From the NCBI RefSeq assembly GCF_016432865.1, contig NC_067400.1, forward strand, positions 381,548,001 to 381,612,000: a stretch of DNA of 64,000 bases, in the 5' to 3' direction. This stretch comes from Antechinus flavipes. Taxonomy: Eukaryota. The notes beneath the pieces are model-generated. The model made no database searches, was not told where the DNA came from, and saw nothing but the letters and a program-made list of their open reading frames with translations. This document shows positions 37,671-49,422 of this stretch, piece by piece (within the stretch, counting starts at the first letter, position 1; the number at the start of each line of letters is the position of its first letter). The translations under genes and the position numbers were made by a program.

Positions 37671-39533
37671 TCTATAACTGCTGGGGACAGGTTCCCATAG
37701 TTTCCCTCCCCTCCCCATACAAATTGACATGTCATAATTGTACCTTCTTTGGGTCACAGGGAAGTAGAAATAGCATTAATCTCAAAGTCTAAGCCACTAA
37801 ATCATTGCTTGATCTTGGATTTTTACCTCTATGTACCTCACTTTATTTTTTAGCAAAATATGTGTGGAAGATGTGAATGGGAGAGTTGCTAAGGTTCTTC
37901 TAGCACCAACTTCAAGATTCTATGATAAAATATTGAAATTTACATATTCTGGATAGCAAAAGCCAATGCCTGACCTAAGCAAATATTAAAAAGTAGGTAG
38001 AGTTTGTAGGTAATATCCTTTTGCCTTCCATTTTTGTACCCTCCACCCCCTTTTTCCCTATGTCTTAATGTTCTTTCTACCCTATCCAAATTTATATTTC
38101 TGTCTGGAAAAAGACAAGTATTTGAAAAACTGAAGTCTTGATATGCATCTAGACTGGGAAGAGTCAGGGAGAACTCAATGTGCCATCTATCAAGAGGAAT
38201 TTTATTTTGAATTGGGAACAATTTCTTAATCCAGGGATGGGAAATCATTTCTCTACAATAAAAATCTAATTGAGGCCAATGGAGATTAAAAAAAAAAAAT
38301 CAGACCAGTTTACAAACATTTTTCTATTATGATAACAAAAATATAAAATAATTCTTTTTGTTCATTGTTAAAGCACAATTTGCCACCCTAATGTTGCTCT
38401 TATCCTGTCTTCAGCTTTCTCATAATGGAAATACAATAGCACTCCTAAAAGGAGGATGCTATTCTCTAAGAGCATAATGCGATTAGATGAGATTTTAAGT
38501 ATAACATGCCAGTGTAGAGCTTATAACTTTTTTATATAAAATAAATCCCTTTGACAGTTTGGGGAAGTCACAGGTCCCTTAAAATAATGCTTTTAAATGC
38601 CAAAAATATATATATATATAGAATTGCAAAGGAAACCATTTTATTGAAATGCAGGGAAGAAAAAATGTTCAACAATATATTTCAGGAAATAATATTAGTA
38701 AACTGTTGAGAATTTTGAATAAAGGCAATGAAGAATGATGATTTATTTGAAACACAGATCATACTACTCACACTGAATATTTAGCAATGGGCTCATGGGC
38801 CAACTGTAGTTGGCTGATTCCAATACCAGCAGACTCCAACACATTTTAAGAGAATATTTACCTTGCAAGTTTATTAAATAATTGAAATTTAGGGAAGTTA
38901 AATAAGTAAAATTATCAATAAATGATTAAATAATGAAATACATTCTCTTGTATTTATAGGTGAATTTTTTTAAAAAGAGTTTGAAATGAGAGGTAAAAGA
39001 AAGAACAAAGAAAGATCATCAAGCGATTAAAAAATAACCTACATGACAAAAGAATTGAAGAATTTAAAGCAGAAAGGAAAGAATAAAGGCTGAAATAATA
39101 CTTTATGGACTAAATTTTTTGGTTCCATATACATGAAGCAATAACTTTTGCGGGAGGGATAGAAAAGATAATTTAGACATATAGGAAAGCACTAGGGGAA
39201 AAGAAGAAAGATGCTGGAAATTTGCCCCATCCAAGTCCACAAGAGAATAGTGAATAAGTGAACAGGTCTGGTATAAGAAGGGTATCTTATATTCCATCTT
39301 CAATTAATGTAAGTAACAAAATGGTCTCTGTCTTGATACTTTTATTAGATAATAATTTCTTTTAAATTGAATTATAGGTCAATCAAATATGTAAACTAAG
39401 TATGAACAATTCCTAAACATCTCTATTGAATCAATCACTCAATCAAACATATGAATTAGATCAAAGGAGTGTCAAGCTTCAAATCACTATATATAATTAG
39501 ATGACGCATCTATTGGAATAAATTGAAAGAAAA

Positions 39534-39536
<3 letters not shown>

Positions 39537-39568
<32 letters not shown>

Positions 39569-39598
39569 CACACACACTCACACATTCACACTTACACA
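39537..39598. repeat. (CA)n microsatellite, partly degenerate
   Basis: Direct read. Confidence 0.95.
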
Positions 39599-40319
39599 AT
39601 AGGTGATTAGAGAAAAATATTGAGAAAGAAATCAGCTAAGCTTTGAGAGCATATTGAGAAATCAAATTCTTGTGTCTATAGTGAGGGATAGCCAATTAGT
39701 ATAGTCATAAGGATTCAAATATTTCTTTCCCTTTCCTCTTGTTATCTAAACACACTGAAAAAAAGGTCGTTTCAGGGAGAATTACTTCTTTGGGGAAGGC
39801 CAAATCACAGTTTCAAGATTAAATGGAAGTTCCAAACTTCAGAATCCAGGAAAGTGCTGTAGATACTTCAGGGGAACCTCACGAAGACTCCAAGAAGGAA
39901 AATGAAAAAGAATTTCCATCTAAAAATAAAATGATCTGCATTTGCCTTTTATTCACATGTACTCTCTAGCTTACTCTCTCCAGAGACATTATGTGTAATA
40001 ATGGGAGAGTATGCAGAAGTCTTTTAGAGGAATGTTTTGTTCCAATTTTTCTTGCTGTATTACATTAGTAAATATCCCTTTCTAAAAGCTAACACTGGCT
40101 GGCTAATAATATTGGCAATACAGGGAAATAGGAGCTTTATGAGCATTGTGTTAGAAATCATGTCTAATCACTCATATTACCCCCAGGACCTTGTGAGGAG
40201 CAATAAATATTGCCCTCTGGGGACTCCATCTGGCAATAGGATGACAAACTGGAAAATCTGGAGTGTCAGTTACCCTGGCCTTCAGAGTGAAGGATGATCA
40301 AAAGTTAAATAGATAGCTA

Positions 40320-42345
40320 GTGGAGTCAAGATGGCAGAGAAAAAACAGGGACTTACCAGAGTTTTCCCAAACTTTAAAATAATTTTTCAAAATGAAATCT
40401 GGAATGGTAGAACTTTACCAAAAAAATGTGGTGAAAAAATTTTCAGCCTATGATAACTTAGAAAGTTAGCAGGAAATGTCTATTGAGAATGGGACACAGT
40501 ACGTAACAGGCAATTTCCCTGGGAAGGCACTAGCCCACTCTGGGGGCAATTGAATCAGCAGCAATGTTGCTCTCAGCCCACAGAAAGTAAGGATTCAGAC
40601 AATTAGCCAGAAGGAGATAGCAGGCACCTTTTTGCTGGCAATGGGTTTGTCCACCCATATTTAGATCTAATTCATAGTCCTAGGATGAGGAGGAATACTA
40701 GCATTCTAAAAATCAAATAAACAGGGTAGAAGAAAAAAATGGGAAAAGATGTGAGAGTGATGCAAACAAAAATCATGAAAAAAGAGTCAGTTGATTGGTA
40801 AAGGAGGCTCAAAGACATTGAAGAAAATAACAATTTAAAAACAAACTACAGCAAATTGTAAATGAGGCTCAAAATCCAATAGAGAGAACTTAAAAAATAG
40901 AATTAGCCAAACAGTCTTGGATGTACAAAAATTTACTGAAGAGAAGAATATCTTTAAAAGAAGAATTGGCCAAATACAGAAGAAACAAAAGTACTAAGGA
41001 AAATAATTCCTTAAAAATTAGAATAAGCAAATTAAGAGAGCATAGAATAATTAATGTTTCAGACATTCATTAGGGACAAACATAGGACTGAAGATATAAG
41101 AAGCATCAGAACATATAAAATAAATAATTTTTATTATATAAAATAAAAATAAATTTTTTATATAAAATAAAAAAAGATTTTGCACAAACAATACCAATGC
41201 AACAAAAATTATAAGGAAAACACAAAACTAAAGAAAATTTTGTAACAAGCATCTCTAATAAAAAGCCTTGAGTCTTAAATATATAGAGAACAGAGTCAAA
41301 TTTATAAAAAGCACAAGTCATTCCCTAATTGGTACATGATCAAATGACATGAAGAAATAAAAAATATCTATATAGCTTATGAAAGATGCTCTAAATTACA
41401 ACTGATTTGAGAAATGCAAATTAAAAAATTCTGAGATTGTATCCCATACATATCAGAATGGTTAATACAACAAAAAAGAAAAACATTAGATGTTGGAGGA
41501 GATGTGAGAAAACTAGAATATTAATGAATGTTGGTGGAATTGTGAACTCATTCAACCATTCTGTAGAACAATTTGGAACTATGCCTAAAGGACTATATTA
41601 TTGTGCATACCTTTTAATCCAACAATATAACTGCTAGGTCTATATCATAAAGACATCCCCCAAAATGAGAAAAGGAACTATTTGTACAAAAATATTTATA
41701 GCATCTCTTTTTGTGGTTGCTAAGAATTAGAAATCAAAAGGAATTATCAATTGGGCAATTACTAAACAAGCTGTGATATATGAGTGCAATAGAATATTGT
41801 GGTATAAGAAATGATAAGCAAAATGATAGAAAAATCTGGAAAAACTTACAAAAATTGATACATCATAGTGAAGTGAACAGAACTAGAACAGCAATATTGT
41901 CCTATAAAGAACTGTGAATGACAACTATTTTCAGCAATACAATGATTCAAGACAATCCCAAAGAACTAATGATGAAGTATATAATCTGCCTTCAGAGAAA
42001 GAACCCATATTGATTAAATATAAATTGAGACATGCTCACTGGTATAGTTCGGGGGAAGGGCAAAAAGGAAAGGGGGAATAAAATTTGAACTTTAAATAAA
42101 AATGATAAAAAAATTAAAAAGAAATTAGAATTGGGCAAGTGGAAGATATTAATGATTACAAGGGACATCAAGAAAAAATGAATCAAAATAAAAAGAATGG
42201 AAACAGAAATTAAAAGAATCCCCTGCCCATTTTTTGAAAGAGATCCCAAAATGAAAACTATCAGGAATATTATAGCCAAATTCTGGAACTTCCAGGTCAT
42301 AAAGCAGAACAGGAGAACGTTGTACACAACAATAATATTTCAACA
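40320..42345 (+). mobile_element. L1 5' UTR/ORF1 remnants with a nested L1 3' portion (~41100-42130)
   Basis: ggagtcaagatggc 5' start; ORF 42197-42403, PKMKTIRNIIAKF, is L1 ORF1p-like; ORF2 3' sequence in between. Confidence 0.75.
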
Positions 42346-42349
42346 TGAG

Positions 42350-43060
42350 CAAGTATATATAACTCAGCTGTTTTCACTCTGTTTATCGAATATTTCAAAG
42401 TAGATCTCTGCAGAAATCTTAAACTCACCATATGCAAAACTGAACTAGTTCCCCTAAAACCTTTTCCCCTTCCTAATTTCCCAGTCATTCAGGCTTGCAC
42501 CCTAGTTGTCATTCTTGATTCTTTATTCTCCTCCCCACTGAAATCCAATCTGTTGCCAAGATATATCAATTTTTCCTTGCAACATCTCTTAATTGTACTT
42601 CTTTCTCTTACTTTGGCATCATTACCACTCTGATTCAGACCCTCATCTCCTCATCTAGACTAATGCAATAGACTGCTAAGAGATCTGTCTGCCACAGTTG
42701 TCTATTCTCTCTAGTGAGCCTCCATTCATGCTTTTTTTCTGATGTGCAATTCCAACCATGTCATCCCTGCTCCCCTCTCCTAATAAATTCAATTCAATAA
42801 AATCCAATAGCTCTATATCATCTCTGAGATTAAATATGCAATTCTTTGGCATTCAAAACTCTTCATAATTTGGGAACTTCACCGTTTCAGTGTTTTCACA
42901 CCTTATATTTCGATCCAGTTATATATCTCCTTGTTATTACTCAAATAAGACATTTTACCAATTAAATCAAAGAAATTTTACTTATTGTCCCCTATGATAT
43001 GAAATGCTTTCCCTCCTCATTTCTGCCTCCTGGATTTCCTGGCTTCCTTTAGTCCCAACT
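42350..43060 (+). mobile_element. L2 fragment, paralogous to 28400-29110
   Basis: Shared diagnostic strings such as ttttctgatg(t/c)gcaattccaac and caattcaataaaatc. Confidence 0.75.
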
Positions 43061-43569
43061 TGCATTTTAATGATTTTTATTGTTTCTTGATAAGTTAATT
43101 CCTTTATGAATTTTGTAAATATTTTGCATGGAATTCTCTTTCTACTATTATCTTTCAGGTTTTTTTTTTTTTTTTAGTAATGTAAGGAAATAATGATGAT
43201 GGTGGGAATTACTTTGCATCCTATTATTTGTCTAAAGGGTTTTCAAAGTAAACTATTATGTCATCTGCATCTGCAAATAAGGACGATTTTTTCACCACTT
43301 ATATTTATATCGAAATATAAACAGATATAAGGTGTGAAAACACTGAAAAGGTGAAGTTCCCAAAACAGAACAAAAAGGAAAAACCAAGAGAAAGAAAAAA
43401 ACAACCAAAAAGTAAAATAATATGCTGTGATCTGCATTCAGTTTGCATACCTTTTTCTCTGGATGTAGATGACAGTTTCCATCACAAGTATATATTGGAA
43501 TTGTCTTGGATCACTGTACTGCTGAGAAGAGTTAAGTCTATCAAAGCTGATCATCATGCAGTGTTGTGT

Positions 43570-46500
43570 TAAATGAACTACAAGTGAAAACAGTAGTACT
43601 ATAATAGTAGGGAACTTTAATCTTTACATCTCAGAATTAGATGAACTTAAGCAAAATTAATAAGAAATAAATCCAACAAGTGAATAGAACTTTAGATAGA
43701 CTTGATATGATAGCTGTCTGGAGAGAACTGAGTGGAATAGAAAGAAATATACCTTTTCTCAGTAGTTCATGATACCTTTACAGGGGTTGAGAACATATTA
43801 GTACATAAAAATATCACAGTTAAAAGAAGAGAAGCAGAAATATTGAAAGTATTCTATTCATATTTTAAGACAATAAAAATTTAATAAGAAACCATGAAAA
43901 GGTAGGTTAAAAACTAATTGGAGAATAAACAAATTCATCTCAAAGATTGAGTGGATTAAAAAATCATATAAATAATCAATAATTTCATTAAAGAGAATGG
44001 CAACAAGACAACATATCAAAACCTATGAAATACAATAAAAGCAATGGTTAAAGAAATATTTATGGTTTTAAATGTTTATAGCAATAAAGCAGAGAAAGAG
44101 CATACTAATGAATTCGGTATGCAATTAAAAAAACTAAGAAAAAACAAATTAAAAATCCCAAATTAAACACTAAATTGGAAATCCTAAAAATTAAAAATGA
44201 GATTAATAAAATTGAGTTAAAAACATTGAATTAATAAAACTAAGAGTTTTGAAAAAACAAATAGGATATACAATTGGATAATTTCACTTAAAATAAAAGA
44301 AGCCAAATAATTAATATCAAAAATTAAAATGGTGAACATAGCACTAACAAAAATGAAATCAAAACAACTGTAAGTAATTATTTTCCCCAATTATATGCCA
44401 ATAAATTTAACAATATAATTAAAATGGAACAACATATACAAAATAAAGATTGCCTAGATTTGCAGAAGAAAAGATAAAATATCTAAATAGATCTATTTTA
44501 GAAAAAGATATTGAACAGGCCATACTTGAGCCTCCAATGAGAAAAGTGCCATGACAAATGAATTCTATCAAACATTTAAATATGAGCTAAATCTAAGATT
44601 AAAGAAATTTTTTAGGATAATGTCTAGAGGAGGCATCCTATCAAATTCCTTTTATGAAGTAAATATGATTCTGATACATAAACTAGAAAAATTAAAAATA
44701 GAAAAAACAGACCAATTTCATTATTAATATGAACATAAAAGTTTTAAATAAAAATGCAAGCTAAACGATTACAGCAATATATTACAAGGATTCTACATTA
44801 TGATCAAGTAAAATTTATACTGAGGACGTAGGGATAGTTTAACATAAGGAAAACTATTAACATAAGATTATATTAATAACAAAAATACAACAAAACCATA
44901 TGATTATATCAATAGATGTGGAAAAGTTTTTGATAAAGTTTAACACACATTTTTACTAAAAATCCTTGAAAGGATTGGTATAAATTTATTTTCCCACAAG
45001 TTGCTAAAAATAATTTTTCTAAAGCCATCAGGAAGCATTATTTGTAATGTGGATAAACTAGAAATAGTCTTAATAAAATAAAGTATGAAACACAGCTGCC
45101 CACTGTCACCAATATTGTTCTATATGGTATTGGAAAACCTATTAATAAGAGAAGAAAATTAAATAGAAGGAATCAATATAGGGAATGAGATAATAAAATG
45201 ATCTTTTTTTGAAGGCAATAAATGAAATACTTGGAAAGTCCCAAAGGCTCAACTAAAAAGTTAGTTGATACAATTAATAATTTTAGCAAAGTATCAGTAT
45301 ATAAATCAAATCCACATAAATGATCAACATTATTACATGTCACAAACAAAACTGCAAGCAGAGTTAATTAAAAAAAAATTAAAAGTAATTCTAAACAGTA
45401 CTTGGGAGTACACCTGCAAAAACAAACCCAGGAACAATATAAACTAATTTATATTTCTAAATATATATATATTATAAAAACAAAATTTGATTTAAATAAT
45501 TGGAGAAATATTAATTGTTCATGAGTACTCATGGCCAGAATGCTTAAAAAAAACTATTTTAGTCCAACTAACATATAATCAATCATCCCAATTAAATTAC
45601 CATTTTATTTTTTACTGAATTGGAAGAAAATAACAAAATTTATTTGGAAAAATAAAAAGTCAAAAGTGTCAAAGGAAATAATGGAAAAAAATTTTTTTAA
45701 AGAAAAGAGGTTTAGTTGTACCAGATCTTATGTTATAAGGCAGTAATTATCAAAACTATCTGGAAATAGAAAGTGGGATCAATGGAAGAGATCAATATAA
45801 TTCTAAAATTACAGTGACAAATAAACACAACCACCTTGCATTTGACAAGTGTAAAGACTTAAGGATTTGGTATGAGAATTCATTATTTGATTTTTAAAAA
45901 TGTTGGTAAAACTAGAAAGCAGCATGCATGACAGAAACTGGATGTAGACCAATCTCTTGCACCATTTATCAAGGTAAGATTAAAATGGTTACATGACATA
46001 GATATAGAGATTTTACAAGAAAATAAAAACAAGAAACATATGACTTAGACTTATGGATAAATAAATAATATAAATAAGAGATAGAGAGTAAGAGAGTAAA
46101 GTTAGTTGCAAAATGAATAATTTTGATCACACTAAATTGAAAATGGTTCTGTACAAATAAAACAGAAGTATCCAAGATCAAAAGAAAAGCAGAAAATTGG
46201 GGAAAATTTTATAAATAGTTTATTAGATATCGATCTTGTATCTGAAATACATAAAGTACTTTTCCAAAGCTATAAAAGTGGGGGTCATTCCCCAATTGAT
46301 AAATGGTCAAAAGATATGAACCGGCATTTTCCGAAGAAATCAAAACAATTTATAATCACATAAAAATGCTGCAAATCATTATTCATTAGAGAAATACAAA
46401 TTAAAACAACCTTTTTTTTTTTTTAAATCATTTTATATCTATCCCATTGACTAAATGATAGAAGGGAGAAGTAACAAATGTTGGAGGGGTTGTGAAAAAA

Positions 46501-47520
46501 ATGGGACAGTAATTCATTATTGGTAGAATTATAAACTTCATCTAACCATTTTGAAGAGCAATTTGGAATTATGCCCAAAGAATTATTAAATGTCCTATGA
46601 CCTTTGACTCTAGTAGAAAACCACAACTAGATTGATTTCCAAAGATGATTAGAGAAAAAAAGGGAAGAATCTATATGTTCTAAACCAGTGGTTCTCAAAG
46701 TATGGTCTAGAGAATCCTGAGGATCTCTGAAACCCTTTTAGAGGGTCTACAAATTCAAAAATAGTTTTTATTTCCAATATGGTAAATGTCTATAAATATA
46801 ATCCAGATAAACAAAAATGCTTTGGAGAGATCCTCAATAATTTTTAATAGGATAAAGATACTGAAAACAAAAGTTAGAGAACCACTGTTCTAAACTGTTT
46901 ATAGCAGATTTCTTTATGGTAGCAAAGAACTGTTAACTGCATGTATATTCACTAGTTAAGGAAAGGAATAAAGTTATGGTATGTGATTGTGATGGAATAC
47001 TACTATGGAATAATAAGTGATGTGTTGAATTAATTTGGGAAAACATGAAATGATTTGCATGAAATAATAAAGACTAAATAATAAGCAGAACCAAGAAAAC
47101 ATTGTGTACAATAACAGTGATATTGTTTTAAGAATTACTTTGGGCAAAAAAAGTTGATTTGATTATTATAAATACTCAAATTAATCATAAAAGACATATG
47201 AATAGAGATGCTATCTTCATCTAGAGAATGAACTGATAAATAGATGTAGAAAATAATTTTACATATTATTTAGATATCTACACATATATGCATACATATA
47301 TACATACATATATGCATGCATGTATGAGTGATATGCACATCTATTTATGACTAATGGTAGCCTTCTCTAGGGTTGGGGGAGCAAAACAAAAACAATTACA
47401 TGATAATTTTGTATATTTGAAAGGAATATCAAGTTACGATTTCATATGCAATCATTTTTTATTGTTCTATGCTATGGAAATATAGTTTTATTCCATAAAT
47501 TAAAAATAAAATTAAAAAAG
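43570..47520 (+). mobile_element. ~4-kb degenerate L1 (ORF2 endonuclease to 3' end)
   Basis: Continuous A-rich ORF2-like sequence from the EN domain through RT to the 3' UTR and tail. Confidence 0.85.
46686..46887. mobile_element. hAT (Charlie/MER5-like) MITE, 202 bp
   Basis: TIRs CAGTGGTTCTC..GAGAACCACTG; perfect 8-bp TSD TTCTAAAC at 46678-46685 and 46888-46895. Confidence 0.9.
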
Positions 47521-47753
47521 GAAATGTAGAACACAATTGGAGATAATACTTTAAAAAATGATAATAATTTGGGGGGGGGGTTAATTTTAGCAGAAAATGC
47601 TGTAAAAACTCTTATCCAGAAAAGATTTTCCACATCTGTCTCAAGCATAACATCCATAAATATTAATTCATAAAATCCTGATTTGTTTTCATAAAATTTT
47701 CATGGTATTAGGAACACACACATCTGACAACAGTTATCAATTATACAGGAAAA

Positions 47754-48018
47754 GTGTAAACACTTAATTCTCAATTGCTTTGTTTCTTATTCTGAGCAGC
47801 AAGGGAGTTGAGGTGTTTGGGGAGGTAATCCCATCCCAATGGAATGAAGCTAATTTAAGCTCATACTCTTTCATGGGAGTCTATTTCAGGCACTTATTCT
47901 TTTGGAGCCTACTCTTAGGGAGACTCATCATAGCAAAGAAGTGAACCTCTTTCCATCTTTTTCTAATATATTTTTGAAATGTACCTCCTGACATAGTGCT
48001 TCCAACTTGCAGGTCAGT
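47754..48018 (+). promoter_or_regulatory. Candidate promoter and non-coding first exon of paralogue C
   Basis: Third copy of the module; donor GT at 48013; homeodomain site degenerate. Confidence 0.5.
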
Positions 48019-49159
48019 AGTAAAAATTTGGAAAAACTCCAAACATTTTGTACATTTTAGAAAAGATTCATCCATCTATCCCTCTATCCATTGATCCATC
48101 CATCCACCCACCTATCCATTCACTCACTCATTGAAGAAATAGCAATATTATGCTAAATATGGAAGGGAATGCAAAAGTAAATGATTTATAGTCCCTGTTC
48201 TCAGATATTTTACTAATAATAGTGTCATTTTGATGCATTAAAGATTTATAAAATACCTTCTTCACAATAATTCCCTGAGACAGTGAGTAAAGTTATTATT
48301 TCAATACTTACATAAAGGAAAATTTAGCCAATATAAGCTCATATTCTTTTAGCTAAGCCTTTGAGCTTTTTGAATTTAGTCAGAGTAACTAAGTTTGCTG
48401 TATTTCCTCCAGAAACAGAAATAAGAGTAATGAGTAGATGTGACAAAGAAGCCAATTTAGATTTAATGTCCGAAACAACTTCCTAATAATTATAGCTGCC
48501 TTAAAGGAGAATAGGCTGTCTTGAGAAGTCAGGGTGCTCCTTTCTTAAAAGCATATAAGAAACGATGAGACAGTGGGTATGGCATATTGAACATTCATTT
48601 CAGGTGTATGTTTGACTAGATGGTTTCTGAGGGTCCTTTTGATTTTCATATTCTGTGATTCTATGAAAAATGGGACTCAGATCAATGAAATGTTTTGATT
48701 AGGGGTGTACAACCAGTGAGTATTAGACATAGCATTTGAACTCAGAATTTCTGATTCTAAGACTATTCCTTTATCTACTATAACACCTATAAAAGGATAA
48801 ATAAAGCACACCAGCAAGGTAAATGTGGTCAATTAGAACTTCTTTCTAAGACTCTTCCTCTCTTGTAATTGATAAATGTCAGGATACAAAGTTTGAATTT
48901 ATTTAAAAAGCAATTAGGAATCAGGGAAAGAATATGAGTAGTAGGGTGACATGATCAAAGTTATGTATTGGGAAGAATGTCCTAATCAAGATATGTAATA
49001 TGGACATAATAGGGGTAAGGGAGGCAGGACTATGTAAAGGTACTAGGTGTTTCAGTAATTCTGAGGAGAATAATGAAAGAGGCCTTGAACTAAGATGGAA
49101 GTGGTAGGAATTGAAATGGACAATTTGATCCAAGGCAATCCCAGTAAACTTTGGGTAGA

Positions 49160-49350
49160 AAGTGTCATCTGCATCCAGAAAAAGAACTATGGAGATTGAA
49201 TGTAAATCAATATAAACTATATTGATTTACATTCAATCTCCATATATTCACTTCTTTTTTTCTGTTCTTTTTTCTCATCCATGGTTTTCCCCTTTTGTTC
49301 TGATTTTTCTTCCCCAACATGATTCATAAAGAAATGTGTATTTAAAAAGT
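49160..49350 (+). mobile_element. Short L1 3'-end fragment carrying a fold-back hairpin
   Basis: catctgcatccagaaaaagaactatggag..ccaacatgattcataaag..attta matches a dasyurid-type L1 tail. Confidence 0.7.
49188..49244. repeat. Perfect inverted repeat, 27-bp arms, 3-nt loop
   Basis: TATGGAGATTGAATGTAAATCAATATA-AAC-TATATTGATTTACATTCAATCTCCATA. Confidence 0.97.
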
Positions 49351-49353
49351 TTA

Positions 49354-49357
<4 letters not shown>

Positions 49358-49418
<61 letters not shown>
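49358..49418. repeat. (TA)n microsatellite, ~30 units
   Basis: Direct read. Confidence 0.98.

Positions 49419-49422
<4 letters not shown>

Noticed and set aside
16736-42403. ORFs 16736-17074, 24509-24730 and 42197-42403 as host genes
   Set aside because: They are L1 ORF2p/ORF1p fragments; no intact L1 ORF exists in the window.
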